DNA of 63,397 bases, counting the filler, from Octopus bimaculoides (taxonomy: Eukaryota): NCBI RefSeq assembly GCF_001194135.2. It is 8 parts of 7 records of this genome, joined end to end, with 100 filler letters (N's around TTAATTAATTAA, not from the genome) between each part and the next. Parts side by side here need not be neighbours in the genome. Positions count along the whole stretch, not along the records: positions 44,248 to 62,246 come from NC_068985.1; positions 62,347 to 63,397 come from NC_068995.1; 6 more parts are not named here. One strand, given 5' to 3'. The notes under the pieces were generated by a model. It did no database searches and was not told the origin of the DNA. It saw only the letters and a list, made by a program, of their open reading frames with translations. Positions 49,645 to 62,990 of this stretch are shown here, in pieces; within the stretch, counting starts at the first letter, position 1; the number at the start of each line of letters is the position of its first letter. The position numbers were made by a program, and so were the translations under genes.

Positions 49645-51570
49645 CTCAAGAATACTCTGATTGTGACTGGAGGTGCCATTGATATACCTGATGTTCCCTT
49701 TCCGAGAACCTAGGTGGCACGTTCTTTTCAAGTTTTGAGAACTTTGCGCGGACTCTTTGTAAATGCCAAGTAGTAGTGTTTTCTAGATATGTTCTATTTC
49801 CATTTTTGTTCCTATCATTTCCGCCCAATTTTTTATGCTAAATGTACCTAAGGTACAATCAATTACTGGAATAACACACTTTTTTTATTGACTAGAGCGC
49901 TTTTTTATTTCTCTCCTCAAAGCTTCATGTCGCGTTAGTTTTTCTCCTGTTTTGACAATTCTTCCGCCAATTGGGCAAGCGATGTCTATGATCAGGTACT
50001 GCTTTTCTACTTTGTCTACTAGTACAATTTCGGGTTTCTGATGTTCAGTTTGGTGATCATAGTGGGTCCTTAAGTTCCTAAGGATCATTACTATGATACT
50101 TTCTATCACACCAATTGCCTCAAGGTCATATCATTTCCTCGCTCTCTCCAATTCAAACTACTAACATAGTTCCCAACGAATCCTTCGCCTGACATTGGGA
50201 TGTTTCCTCTTGTATCCTCCGTGGATCAATAAGATGCATTCGCGTAAAATATACCATACTCTCTCTCTCCCGTTTCACCATATAGTCCGTATTTATCAGA
50301 TTCTTCTCACTGATAAAATTTCTCACTGATGAAGTTTGTTTTCTCGGTTTGTTTCTGTGCTGCACTTATCAAGGCCTCTCTTTTAGGTTCCAGATCACTG
50401 TTTTTGTAATCGGAGCCATCGTTTTTCCGGGTCTGTGTATCTTTGTTTGTCTCTCAAGAATTGATCGGGCATCCACTTACTCTTCCAGTTATTTTCATTC
50501 TTTGTTTCTGTCTTTATGTTATAATTCATCTCGTCGAGCTTTCCGTATGTAATACAGTTGCATTCCTAACTTGTTTAGTAATGCTTCCTGTGCATTCCAT
50601 ATATATACCAAGAAATATTACTTTTCTCGGTCTGAATAGAAACCTCAAAATTTATCTTCACCTTTCTTCCTTTCTTTCTCGTAAGGTGTCTCGGATGGAC
50701 GGTACCGCTTACTGTCAGTCGCATTTTGTTTTCTTATCGAAGTATTGTAGTTTATATGTTCGACGTTTTATCACTCCTGCTTCATATCTCAAAAGAGAGA
50801 AATTGCCGATGAATTTATCACTTTGAATTTATTCCTCCCATTCAGTTTAGCTTTTAAAATCTATTTTAGCCTTCTGTAAAACCCCAGAGAGAATATCTTC
50901 TTCATTTGGTCATTCATGAATTCGATTCCTTGCAATACACCCAAATACCTGTATCCTTATTGATTATTCTCTTCATTACTATTCCCGCAGACAACTTCAC
51001 ACCGCCCACTTGTTGGACATTACATCATTTTAGAATAAATACTCCACAAATATCATCCTGATGTTCTCGCTAATGCCATTTACTATTTCAATTAGTGAAT
51101 GAAGCTGGTTTTCATCTTTTCCAAAGAGTTTCAGGTCATGCATAGAAAAGTGATTGTTCTTATATTTTCTATTCTTGAACTCATACTCAGCTTTCATTTT
51201 TCTCAAAATAAAAAGTCAGTAGTATTATACACATTACAAAAAAAACAAAAAACAATGGTGACATGCTATCTCCTTGGAAGAAACATTTGCGCAGTACAAG
51301 GTTGCACTTTCCGTTTGGTCGATATTGCGAATTCCAATTTTAATATTTTTTAGCTTCTTAGGCTTGGTAGTAGTTTTGACGTAGTGTCAAGTGCACCAAT
51401 TACTACTGGAAATATTGTTAGCTTTGTATTTCATAATCTCTTCTTCTCTCTGACTAAGTATTGATATTTCTCTGGGTTTCTAAATTCCTTTGCCCATCCA
51501 CTCTATTATCATATGGCATAGCAAAGACTTTGATTTTGCATTGCTTCTTTTGGCACTTTGCAATCCTAAT
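49645..51570 (-). mobile_element. Patchwork of degenerate Dong/R4-type LINE remnants (RT and restriction-like endonuclease)
   Basis: HQKPEIVLVDKVEKQYLIIDIACP (KPD...IID RLE motif), YRYLGVLQ...KAKLNGRN, SMHDLKLFGK (YMDDLKL-like), PVVIGALDT; 3' side abuts (ATT)n. Confidence 0.7.
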
Positions 51571-51628
51571 CTTCGTCGTCGTCGTCTTCGTCGTCCTCCT
51601 CCTCCTCCTCCTCCCTCATCATCATCAG

Positions 51629-51666
<38 letters not shown>

Positions 51667-52289
51667 CCATCATCATCATTTGTTCAGACTGTATTATTCC
51701 CCATTGACCTTATAAGTTCATGTGTCGAAATACCTCACATCCACAATACTGCATCCCAAGATTTCAATATGCCCTGACCCGGTTGATTACATGCAATGTA
51801 ACTCATAGTTGGGACCCTGACAGATGCTAATACTTTAGGTGAGGGTAGATCTATGAACAATAATGGCTAAGCGATAGTTCCACACTCCTCAAGACTCCGG
51901 AACAGGGTGCCATTGCATGACACAGTTTAAAGTCATATCAAGGAAAATTAAATGCAAATTTATAAATACTTCGAAATGTGTGGCTCAAACTAGTTTATAC
52001 ATCCTGGCAGGAACGGCATTGAACGATGAGAGACATCGTCAGCATCGAACACAGCGTCTTACAGTGGCCACAGTCACATGTACGAGCGTACATAGGGTGA
52101 TCAGAATTAGGATCACCAGCATGTCAATCCCCAGAAACTAGACCGAAATGTGGTAGAATTGGAGGAAAAAAATGAATGCATGTCAAGCCTTAATAACAAA
52201 ACAGAAATGTCAGCAGAAATCTTGATGCTGGCTGGACGGGGGGAATTTTTCTGACCTTACTATTTTTACTTAACGAACTGTGAATAGTA

Positions 52290-52450
52290 GCAGAAGTGGC
52301 TGTGTGATAAGAAGCTGGCTTCCCGACCACATGGTTCTGGGTTCTGTCCCACTGAGTGGCATCTTGGGCAAGTGTCTTCTACCATGGCCTCGGGTCGATC
52401 AAAACCTTGTAAGTAGAGTTAAAGGATAAAAACTAAAAGTAGCCCGTCGT
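52290..52450 (+). mobile_element. SINE family A, 5' part
   Basis: gtggctgtgtgataagaagc...gggttctgtcccactg. Confidence 0.75.
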
Positions 52451-52739
52451 ATATATATATATATATATATATNNNNNNNNNNNNNNNNNNNNNNNNNNNN
52501 NNNNNNNNNNNNNNNNNNNNNNNNNNNNNNNNNNNNNNNNNNNNNNNNNNNNNNNNNNNNNNNNNNNNNNNNNNNNNNNNNNNNNNNNNNNNNNNNNNNN
52601 NNNNNNNNNNNNNNNNNNNNNNNNNNNNNNNNNNNNNNNNNNNNNNNNNNNNNNNNNNNNNNNNNNNNNNNNNNNNNNNNNNNNNNNNNNNNNNNNNNNN
52701 NNNNNNNNNNNNNNNNNNNNNNNNNNNNNNNNNNNNNNN

Positions 52740-52792
<53 letters not shown>

Positions 52793-53339
52793 CGTATGTG
52801 TGTGCGTGTGTATACATACATACATGCATACATACATACAAACAAACATACATACATACATACATACATACATACATACATACATACATACATGCGTAAC
52901 TGTCGAACGAGAATGAGTGCTTAACACAGCACTGGTGGATAAAATTTCTTTATTCGTATATTAACGCTAGCATTGGTTTCAAGCTATGAAAATTATCTTA
53001 ATATCCTAACAATTTTTCAAGCTGATCACATGGGGAATGATGCTCGTGTCCCTGTTGGATAAAAACACAGCGTCAGGTTCAGTTCGTGGAGATTCTCGTA
53101 TAGACAACTATAAATCAAGGGGCGCTACCTTTGGCTGACATCTTGTAAGTGCTTATCTCCCTTTGACTTAAATGTTGAGCAAACAGTAGAATTTACCATT
53201 AGACATTACTGTTGGATGATTTATTTGACTGCCTGCCCAATATTCCTATTCCAGCAAGGCAAGTATCTTATTGACAAAAAAAAAAAAAATATATATATAT
53301 ATATATATTCTGAGGGGAATGAAACGGAAGGCCTACTTC

Positions 53340-55145
53340 TTCGATAAAGGTACATAAAGCCCTCATTCAGAGGTCAATTACGGTTTCAGATCTTGTAAAA
53401 TCCCCCACATATTAAAGACCAAGAAAAATTTGAAGACGATCTTATAATAAAGTTAGTTAGAAATGTAAAATTTAACGAAAATTCTCTATCAGAGCATACT
53501 CAAACCTTACAAATGGATATGTAGTAGTGCAACTATTAAATGGTTTAAGAAATAGAAGATAAACCCAAATACAAATTCATTCAATTTGATATCGTAGAGT
53601 TTTACCCCTCGATCTCCAAAAGCTTGTTTCAGAAGGCACTTGAATTTAGTAAGGCATCTGCTACCATAACGAACACTGACATAGATATAATTATGAAAGC
53701 AAGGAATTCATTACTGTTTCATAATAATTCCTACTGGGTAAACAAGAATGGGGAAGAATTATTGGATGTGGCAATGGGGAGCTATGATGGTGCAAGGATA
53801 GCTGACCCTGTAGGCCTCTATATCTTAGATATTGTAAGAAAAGAATAAAAAAGCTAACATAGGTTTATATAGAGACGGTGTTATAGGAGTAGTACACAGT
53901 AAAAACAGGGACGGATGGATAGAATAAAGAAAAAATTATGCAGAATATTTAGCCAGTTAGGTCTAAGTACCACAATTAGTACCAACCTTAAGAAGGTCAA
54001 CTTTCTAGATATCAACATGTGCTAATTAAACCCTGCCATAACACAAATAAGGAAGCCTCGTACACAGACATAGAATACAAACCAGTAGTCATTCAACAAT
54101 TACTTAACTGGCGCGTCTCCAGTTTATCTGCCCATAAAGACACTTTTGAAAAAGCTGCTCCATACTATAATACTGTATTAGAAAGGTCCAACTATAAGAA
54201 TAACATAAACTACATTGAACGAAATACAAAGAAGTCAAGAAATCACAGACAGAGGAAAATCTTATGGTTTAATCCACCTTATAACATGAATGTAGCCACT
54301 AACATAGCCTAGAAACTCTTAAAATTAATATACAACCAGTTTCCACATTCACATATATGCCACAAGATCTCAACTGTTAAAGTTAACTGTTAAAGTTAAC
54401 TATAGTTTCCTCTCGAATAAAATGTCAACAATACTCAACTATAATAAAAATAAAGACACCAGAAACACTCCCGAAAGACAATGCAATTACAGATCCCCAA
54501 AACTACAGATCCTCTAAACAACAACTATTTCGAAAAAGAAACTGTATACAAGGCTAATATCACAGATTCCAACGGAATAGAAAAAATATATCGGAGCGAC
54601 GGGCAACTCGTTCAAGGAAAAGTACACACAACTTGTCATTTAGAGACAAAAGAAAAAGACACTCAACATTTCTATTCACTATGATATGCACATTTAAAGT
54701 AGGTGGAATAGGAACTCTCAGAGAAAATAGAACATCATTGATAAAGCCAGAAAATACGGAGGATGGGCTACCGCATATGAACTCTGAATCACTGAAACAT
54801 CAAATAACATGCAGTCAATAGATAACATCCTATATATTAGGGATGAAATCTTCCCCTATATACAGAAGCAATATTTCACACTTAAACACTTCAAACAGGA
54901 ATCACCTGCGCCTCTAATCCCATCAGAGTAGCTCCTTACTTGAACGCGAAATTTGAATATACAGAGCACACGAACTCCACATGAGAAACTACGTCAGCAC
55001 ACAAGCGTGCGAATGTCACATACAACCACAATATAATAATAATAAAATGCAAATAAATTTACTATCCAACATGACTGCTTGCTCAAAATCAGTCCAAAGG
55101 AGATAATCACTCAAAACATGTCACCCAAAAGTAGCGCCCCTTGGT
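53340..55145 (+). mobile_element. Degenerate Penelope-like element: RT plus C-terminal GIY-YIG
   Basis: FIQFDIVEFYPSI, RNSLLFHNNSYW, DVAMGSYDGA, GLYRDG, WFNPPYNMNV, TVYKANI...KIY; frameshifts and stops. Confidence 0.85.
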
Positions 55146-55616
55146 CTACTGTTTATCTTTTACAAGAATCACCCCGAATTCAATGATACTTTGTGTTTCT
55201 ATCCACAATGGAGAGGAACACTATTTCCTGTGACCGGCTAGAAAATTATTACGATATTAAGATATTGTTCATTGCGTGAAACCAATGGTAGCCTTAATAC
55301 ATAAATGCAGAAATATATATCGTTGTTATTATGCAAAAGTGTCGCAAGTTCAAAATGTTACGTTTCCAGAAAAAGCGTTGTACTACACTTTGACAATTTT
55401 TGATAACTTGGCATCTGAAGCAATTGGTGAAAGAATAGCTTGACCAAATGAACCAGCTATTACAAGCAAAAATAAATGTTGAAAAAACGCATTTGCCCAA
55501 ATTTGGACATACAACGGTTTAACATAATAGCAACAATGTATACATATACATATACATACATACATACATGCATACATACATACATACATACATACATACA
55601 TACATACACACACACA

Positions 55617-55658
<42 letters not shown>

Positions 55659-56439
55659 NNNNNNNNNNNNNNNNNNNNNNNNNNNNNNNNNNNNNNNNNN
55701 NNNNNNNNNNNNNNNNNNNNNNNNNNNNNNNNNNNNNNNNNNNNNNNNNNNNNNNNNNNNNNNNNNNNNNNNNNNNNNNNNNNNNNNNNNNNNNNNNNNN
55801 NNNNNNNNNNNNNNNNNNNNNNNNNNNNNNNNNNNNNNNNNNNNNNNNNNNNNNNNNNNNNNNNNNNNNNNNNNNNNNNNNNNNNNNNNNNNNNNNNNNN
55901 NNNNNNNNNNNNNNNNNNNNNNNNNNNNNNNNNNNNNNNNNNNNNNNNNNNNNNNNNNNNNNNNNNNNNNNNNNNNNNNNNNNNNNNNNNNNNNNNNNNN
56001 NNNNNNNNNNNNNNNNNNNNNNNNNNNNNNNNNNNNNNNNNNNNNNNNNNNNNNNNNNNNNNNNNNNNNNNNNNNNNNNNNNNNNNNNNNNNNNNNNNNN
56101 NNNNNNNNNNNNNNNNNNNNNNNNNNNNNNNNNNNNNNNNNNNNNNNNNNNNNNNNNNNNNNNNNNNNNNNNNNNNNNNNNNNNNNNNNNNNNNNNNNNN
56201 NNNNNNNNNNNNNNNNNNNNNNNNNNNNNNNNNNNNNNNNNNNNNNNNNNNNNNNNNNNNNNNNNNNNNNNNNNNNNNNNNNNNNNNNNNNNNNNNNNNN
56301 NNNNNNNNNNNNNNNNNNNNNNNNNNNNNNNNNNNNNNNNNNNNNNNNNNNNNNNNNNNNNNNNNNNNNNNNNNNNNNNNNNNNNNNNNNNNNNNNNNNN
56401 NNNNNNNNNCCTCCTTTTTTGTATTTAATTTAATTTTGT

Positions 56440-57830
56440 TAACGTATGTAGTTATTTAATTCCATTTGTTTATCTGTGTAATGTATTATATTTTGTGCAT
56501 ATTATTATCAGTTTATGAGGATTTTATTGTCATGTGTTGTGGTTTGTTGATAGTGTGTGCTAGTGTTCCATTCCAGTTTCCTATTCAGGCTAGGTTTATT
56601 TTCTATTATGTGTGTAGCTTCTGTAATTTGTCTAAGCGCTGCGTCTGTTCTATGTGTGGACAAGATTTTAATTTCTATGTTGTTGAGTGAGCCTCCGTGT
56701 TCATGCTCAGCGTGCTGGTACAGAACTGATGAGCTCTTGTCTTCCTTAAGTTCCCTCCAATGTCCATTTACTCGCTCTCCTATGCTCCGTGCTGTCTCCC
56801 CTAAATACGACGTTGTCTTGTTACTGCATCGTCCCTCTGTACATCTTATACTACAGACCATATTTCTGGCTTTACAGTTTGTTTGTGGGCTAAATCTACA
56901 TACAGTACAGTTCCTATCAGTAGAAGGGTGTTCTACTAAAAGGGTAGGGTCTACGGATAAGGGATTTGATAGGGTTCCTTGGCCTTTCAACAACCTTAAT
57001 TCTTAGCTTAAGTTTGTCTAGGGCCCTTCTAAAGTGGCACGCCAGTTCGCCTCTAGGGGTGGTGTCGACGAACATGACGCTCTGGTATTTGTGGCTATCA
57101 TACCATGAGCTTGCCTTCCCTATTTTCTTCTTAATCTTCTCAATGGTGTTCCATGATTTGCTCCTATAAAGCGGAAAAATCCCATTCCTATCGTTACGTT
57201 TGATGGTTTCAAATTTCCCCATAGCTCATGTATACTCTGATCCTTTCTTTATAGCTATAACCTGAGAACTGCATGCGGTGAACGAAATGTTGTATATGTC
57301 TCTTTAACTCTGCAGGGTCGCACATTCGGGACACATTTCGCATTACTCTGTCGAGTTCGGCCATCAATATATTGAGTTTGGCGTTGTCCGCAATAGCTGA
57401 GTTCCGGTGATCATGTATTTGGAGGCCATAGGTTTGGCATTGTGTGAATGGGGTAGTCTATAGTGACCTTAATACTCTGGTGGATGGAGTTAGCTATTTG
57501 CTGCATGCTCTCCATAGTATTAGTTTCTATTTCTATTTCAAGAGTACTCGCTTGTGGGGGTGTCTTTACGACTACGTTGATATCATCGGCATATCGAGAG
57601 TACATATTCACGAGTATGGAGTTCTGTGTCAGGCGTTCCTTAAGCATTCTGTCTCACCATAGCATGAAAAGGTTGGCTACAACACCGGCGATACTGACAC
57701 CGATGGCTGCCCCCTAAACTGGCAACATGGTCATCNNNNNNNNNNACACCGGCGATACTGACACCGATGGCTGCCCCCTAAACTGGCAACATGATCATCC
57801 TCAAATACAACAATATCTGTTTCAACACAC
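56440..57830 (-). mobile_element. Penelope-like element of a different subgroup (Neptune-like by motif recall), 3' part
   Basis: GAAIGVSIAGVVANLFM, YSRYADD, RMQFSGY, VMFVDTTPRGELA, IKVVER; GIY-YIG NMVCSIRC...SYLGETARSIGERVNGH...LYQH. Confidence 0.88.
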
Positions 57831-57872
57831 GATTTCACATCAAGAATCTTGCAAAACAAATATATAAACGGA

Positions 57873-57908
<36 letters not shown>

Positions 57909-58434
57909 GAGTGCTTGCGTGTGTTTGTGTGTATGCTTGTGTGTGTGTTTGTGTGTTAGTGCGTGTGTGTATATAAACATATATACATTATATGTGTATA
58001 TGCACATATATAGACTTTGATGAGGAATATTGATTTTCTCTTTAATACTTCGTGAATGTTAAAAGACGTTAAAGTTAATTTGGTTTTCTCCAATAAACAA
58101 CATGAAATTATAATCTAATCAACTTCAAGATGAATTCATTTATAGATTATTGGACAAAGAAACAAGAGTTACAAGTTATATTTATATGCATAATCTCAGT
58201 CACTGAACATCAAATGCTAAAGTATAACAGCGTAACACGAAGATGACACAGGAAACGTAAATCAAACGCACCTCATGATGAAGAGTAGAAGGTTATTATT
58301 GCAGCATTCGTTAATTATCATTGGCTCTTGTTGGACGGAGATTAAATGTGTTGATCATAATATACCTCGCTACATTAACTGTTCAGAGGACAGGAGGATG
58401 CACATCTATAGATGGATCAATGTATCATTTATCA

Positions 58435-58630
58435 TTTACTTGTTTCAGTAAGTAACTTGCAGCCGTTATGGAGTACCGTCTCGAAGTGTTGTAGTCGAAC
58501 GAATCGACTTTTAAGCCTCGTATTCATTCTATTGGTCTCTCAGAAAAAACACTACTTTAAGGGCTCGTAAACAAACCAATATCAGTTGTCAAGTGGTTGG
58601 GACGAACATGAACACACACACACACACAAA
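58435..58630 (-). mobile_element. SINE family A, 3' part
   Basis: Reverse-complement tail homology. Confidence 0.65.
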
Positions 58631-58639
58631 CACATGTAT

Positions 58640-58920
58640 GTATGCATGGCTCAGTGGTTAGAACATCAAGTTCGCAATTATAAGTAAGTGAGTTCGATAC
58701 CCGGGTTGTGTTCTTGAGTAAAACACTTTATTTACTCAAATCCACTCGCATGTAAAAATGAGTTGCTACATCATTGGTGCAATGCTGTATCGGCCTTTGC
58801 TTTTCACTTGGATAACATTAGTGGCTAAGAGCGGGAAGGCTGGTATAAACGGGGGACTGCTTGTCTTCTTTAAACAACCTTGTCCGGACTGGTGCCTCGG
58901 AGGGTACCTGTCCAGGTTCA
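58640..58920 (+). mobile_element. SINE family B
   Basis: catggctcagtggttagaac...gagttcgatacccgg; homologous to 5137-5470. Confidence 0.8.
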
Positions 58921-58989
58921 ATATATATATATGTACGTGTGTCTGTGTTTGTGTTTCTGTGAGTATGTGAACGTATGCGTGTGTGTATA

Positions 58990-59150
58990 CAGCGAATTTT
59001 AGTATCTTTTACTTACAATTTGCTTACAAGGCGTTGGTCGGCACGAAACAGTTGTAGAAAACACTTGCTCAAGGTGCAGTACGCAAGGGGATGGAACCCG
59101 GAACCATATGGTTGTGAAGCAAACTTCTTGCCACGTCGCCACGCCTGTGC
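58990..59150 (-). mobile_element. SINE family A, 5' part
   Basis: Reverse-complement head homology. Confidence 0.65.
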
Positions 59151-59680
59151 CTGTTAGAGCCAACAAGGGAAATTATGTATGGAATAATTCTTACCGATCA
59201 AACAAAGAAGGATGTTTGATTTTATATTATTGATGGAAACCGTGCAGAAGTTAATCTTGTTTTATAAAACAGTCAGATAATCATAGAACACATTTCATAA
59301 TGTCTTCTAAACGTAAGTTTAACTGTTAGCAAAATAATCTGTCTTACAACCACAGGTGATATACGGTACACTCACCGTGGATTGTGAGTATACATGAGAT
59401 GATAATATGTTCGACGTTATCGCAAAAGGTTTTAGGTGTCTCTTTAGTCTCGAGTAGACACACACATCTTCTGGACCTTGTGAACCGTAGGGCGCAGGAG
59501 CTTCCAAGGAGGGACAACTAAACGGTGAGCGAGATGCACCAGTCTTCATTGGAGCAACGTGAAATGGAATGGTTTACACAAAAGCATAAGGATCTTTTCG
59601 TTCTAGGAAGTGAACCTGCAACCTTATGATGATGAGCCGATCAGGTTTATCACAAAGCTGGACGCCTTCAGACAGTGCTA

Positions 59681-59740
<60 letters not shown>

Positions 59741-59849
59741 CAATAAGTGAATGTGTGTGTGGGAAGGGACAGTGAAAAAAGAAAAGGGTAAGGGAGAAAA
59801 TATTGGTTAATATATATACATACACACACACAAACATATATACGTGTAT

Positions 59850-60799
59850 GGACAAACCAAAGAAAAAGGCACTCAACAGGTTGGCAATACCATCCATAAA
59901 TTGGAAGCCGCCAGTTTGAAGGATCACCGCATAACTTTTCGGCAACTAGCCTAAAAACTGAGGATAAGTGTTGGATCCATTGAAAAAAAATCTAATCACG
60001 ACAATTTGCACATGCGGAAATTGTCTGCCCGATGGATTCTATGGATGCTCACACCTTTTCAGAAGGAGGAATGAGTCAATTGCTCTTAGGTTCTTTTGGC
60101 AATGTGCCAAGAAAAAGAGGTGGAATTTTTCGGCAGACTTATCACGCAGGATGAAACATGGGTCCACCACTATGATTCTGAGACTAAAGTCCAGTCGAAG
60201 CAGTGAAGGCATGATAACTCACTACCTCCAAAGGAGACTCGTGTCCAAATATAAGCAAGCAAGGTAATGCTCACACTCCTTTGGAACCACTGCCGAGTGG
60301 TGAGGATGGATTTTATGGCAAGGGTGCCACAATTAACGGGGCATATTATGCGTCTCTGCTGCAGAAATTTCAGGACGCCATCAAAGCAGAGATGAGTGGC
60401 ATTCTGACCAAAGGAGTCCGCCTCCTCCAAGACAACGTTGCAGTTCACAATGCACATGTTGCGAAATAAAAGCACACCCCTGCGGCTATGGAATCCTTCC
60501 TCATTAATCAATCCTACTCTCCCGACCTCGCATCATCTGATTTTTATCTCTGTCTAACGATGAATTCTTTTTTGAAGGGGAGATACTTTTCGGATGATGA
60601 GCTTATTTCCGAGGTAAAGGCTTGGCCCAAGACGCAACATATCGACTTCTATAGACGAGGTTTTCACATCTGTATAAAGCGATGGGAGAACTGTCTCACC
60701 ATTGGTGGTGGCTATGTAGAGAAGGACTAATAATTATGCCAAGTTTCGCTTACACCAATTTTTGGGAATATGTTCAGGGAAAATGCACATAATCCCTCG
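59850..60799 (+). mobile_element. Degenerate mariner (DD34D) transposase with right TIR
   Basis: LITQDETWVHHYD, LLQDNVAVH, YSPDLASSDFYL; ends aaatgcacataatccctcg; many frameshifts and stops. Confidence 0.9.
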
Positions 60800-61004
60800 C
60801 ATATGCATATGTGAATACGCGCATCCAAGTTTTACATATATGAACTGGGGCAGTGTATTGCACTGCGTCCATTTATGTCGAATGCTATCTTAACGACTCC
60901 ATGCAGAAATAATTAAATAAGTACTGGAATGGATGATATCGACTAAAATAGTTAAAGACGGTGCCTCAACATGACCGCAGTTCAATGACTAAATGTGTGT
61001 GTAT

Positions 61005-61189
61005 ATATATTTACTTCTTGATGTAAAACAATTATTTTTGCCCTCATTCATCTTTGTCAATTTCAATCCGACATACTTTCCAATTCTTAGTCTTTTAGGT
61101 CATCCTTTATGAATTTCACTTACGTTATTTACCGAATCTGTATACATACAGACAGACAGAGAGACACAGAGACACAGAGACACACAGAC

Positions 61190-61262
<73 letters not shown>

Positions 61263-61912
61263 NNNNNNNNNNNNNNNNNNNNNNNNNNNNNNNNNNNNNN
61301 NNNNNNNNNNNNNNNNNNNNNNNNNNNNNNNNNNNNNNNNNNNNNNNNNNNNNNNNNNNNNNNNNNNNNNNNNNNNNNNNNNNNNNNNNNNNNNNNNNNN
61401 NNNNNNNNNNNNNNNNNNNNNNNNNNNNNNNNNNNNNNNNNNNNNNNNNNNNNNNNNNNNNNNNNNNNNNNNNNNNNNNNNNNNNNNNNNNNNNNNNNNN
61501 NNNNNNNNNNNNNNNNNNNNNNNNNNNNNNNNNNNNNNNNNNNNNNNNNNNNNNNNNNNNNNNNNNNNNNNNNNNNNNNNNNNNNNNNNNNNNNNNNNNN
61601 NNNNNNNNNNNNNNNNNNNNNNNNNNNNNNNNNNNNNNNNNNNNNNNNNNNNNNNNNNNNNNNNNNNNNNNNNNNNNNNNNNNNNNNNNNNNNNNNNNNN
61701 NNNNNNNNNNNNNNNNNNNNNNNNNNTCTGTGTGTCTCTGTGTCTCTCTGTGTCTCTCTGTCTGTCTGTATGTATACAGATTCGGTAAATAACGTAAGTG
61801 AAATTCATAAAGGATGACCTAAAAGACTAAGAATTGGAAAGTATGTCGGATTGAAATTGACAAAGATGAATGTGGGCAAAAATAATTGTTTTACATAAAG
61901 AAGTAAATATAT
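61005..61912. repeat. Near-perfect ~185-bp inverted repeat flanking (GATA)n and an N gap
   Basis: Arms 61005-61188 and 61727-61912 differ by two substitutions and one 2-nt indel. Confidence 0.85.
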
Positions 61913-62539
61913 TTGAAAATGTCAATAGAAGACGACGAAAACGATGAGATCTGATTAATTGATTTAAGAATTAATATGTAAGGGACTAGAACAAAGGTTT
62001 GGAAATGAATACTATATTCAAGAAAACTAAGAAATATTAAGTTATGGGGTTTTGGTATTTAAGTGTGTAAGCGCAGATTTAGACGACAAGTTAATTGGAT
62101 ATAAAATAGTTGATTCTAGTAAGATCATTTATGGAGGAATGACATTTTCAGACAATACTGGTATGAGAAAATACTTGATGTTGTTCAAGAATAAGGCAAG
62201 GGAAAGCAAGTCATATGGAATAAGAAGCAAGATAATGCAGAAATATNNNNNNNNNNNNNNNNNNNNNNNNNNNNNNNNNNNNNNNNNNNNTTAATTAATT
62301 AANNNNNNNNNNNNNNNNNNNNNNNNNNNNNNNNNNNNNNNNNNNNTTCGACGAAAGGCGGTGCTCCAGCATGGCCGCGGTCACATGACTAAAACAAGTA
62401 AAACAATAAAAAAAAACCATGCCATTTTAATCCCTAGCAAGGCCGGATATTTCTCCTTGTTATTATTATAATTATAAAATATTATTATTATTATTATTAT
62501 TATAATAGCCATCATGACTATCTGTCTGATAAAGATATA

Positions 62540-62990
62540 ACAGGCATATGCATCACAACCATATGTGCGTGACATGATGATTTCATATCAAGATAAACAG
62601 CGCATGAACTTGCAGGTGGGGCTCTGTAAACATTTTCTTCTGGTCGAGTAGCCCATCTCGCTCAAAAAGTCCACGAATAAAGGTTGTTAAAGGATGTTGA
62701 ACGAAACATCCATGTTTCCACTGGTGAATTATTCAAATCCCAAAGAATTCCTCTTAACACATGACTGTGATGCTCTCCTGCTACTGCTCGTAATCAGATG
62801 TGCACATATCGTCAGCCACCAAGGGACATACTCAACTGGTGATGTTAAGCAATTTACAGGCAAATTGTAGTACCGAGCAGAATGTTTGGTGTAGCTTATC
62901 ATTTATACCAATACAAAACATGTACATGATAACACTTCCAATGAGTTCAGATCAGAATCATTGGTTTGTTTCCTGTTTTGCATAAAGGAA
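62540..62990. repeat. Probable interspersed repeat, family not assigned
   Basis: GC-richer block resembling a retroposon 3' region; single copy in this window. Confidence 0.3.

Noticed and set aside
57682-57799. 54-bp tandem duplication across a 10-N gap
   Set aside because: Same artefact pattern; the single mismatch could be allelic.
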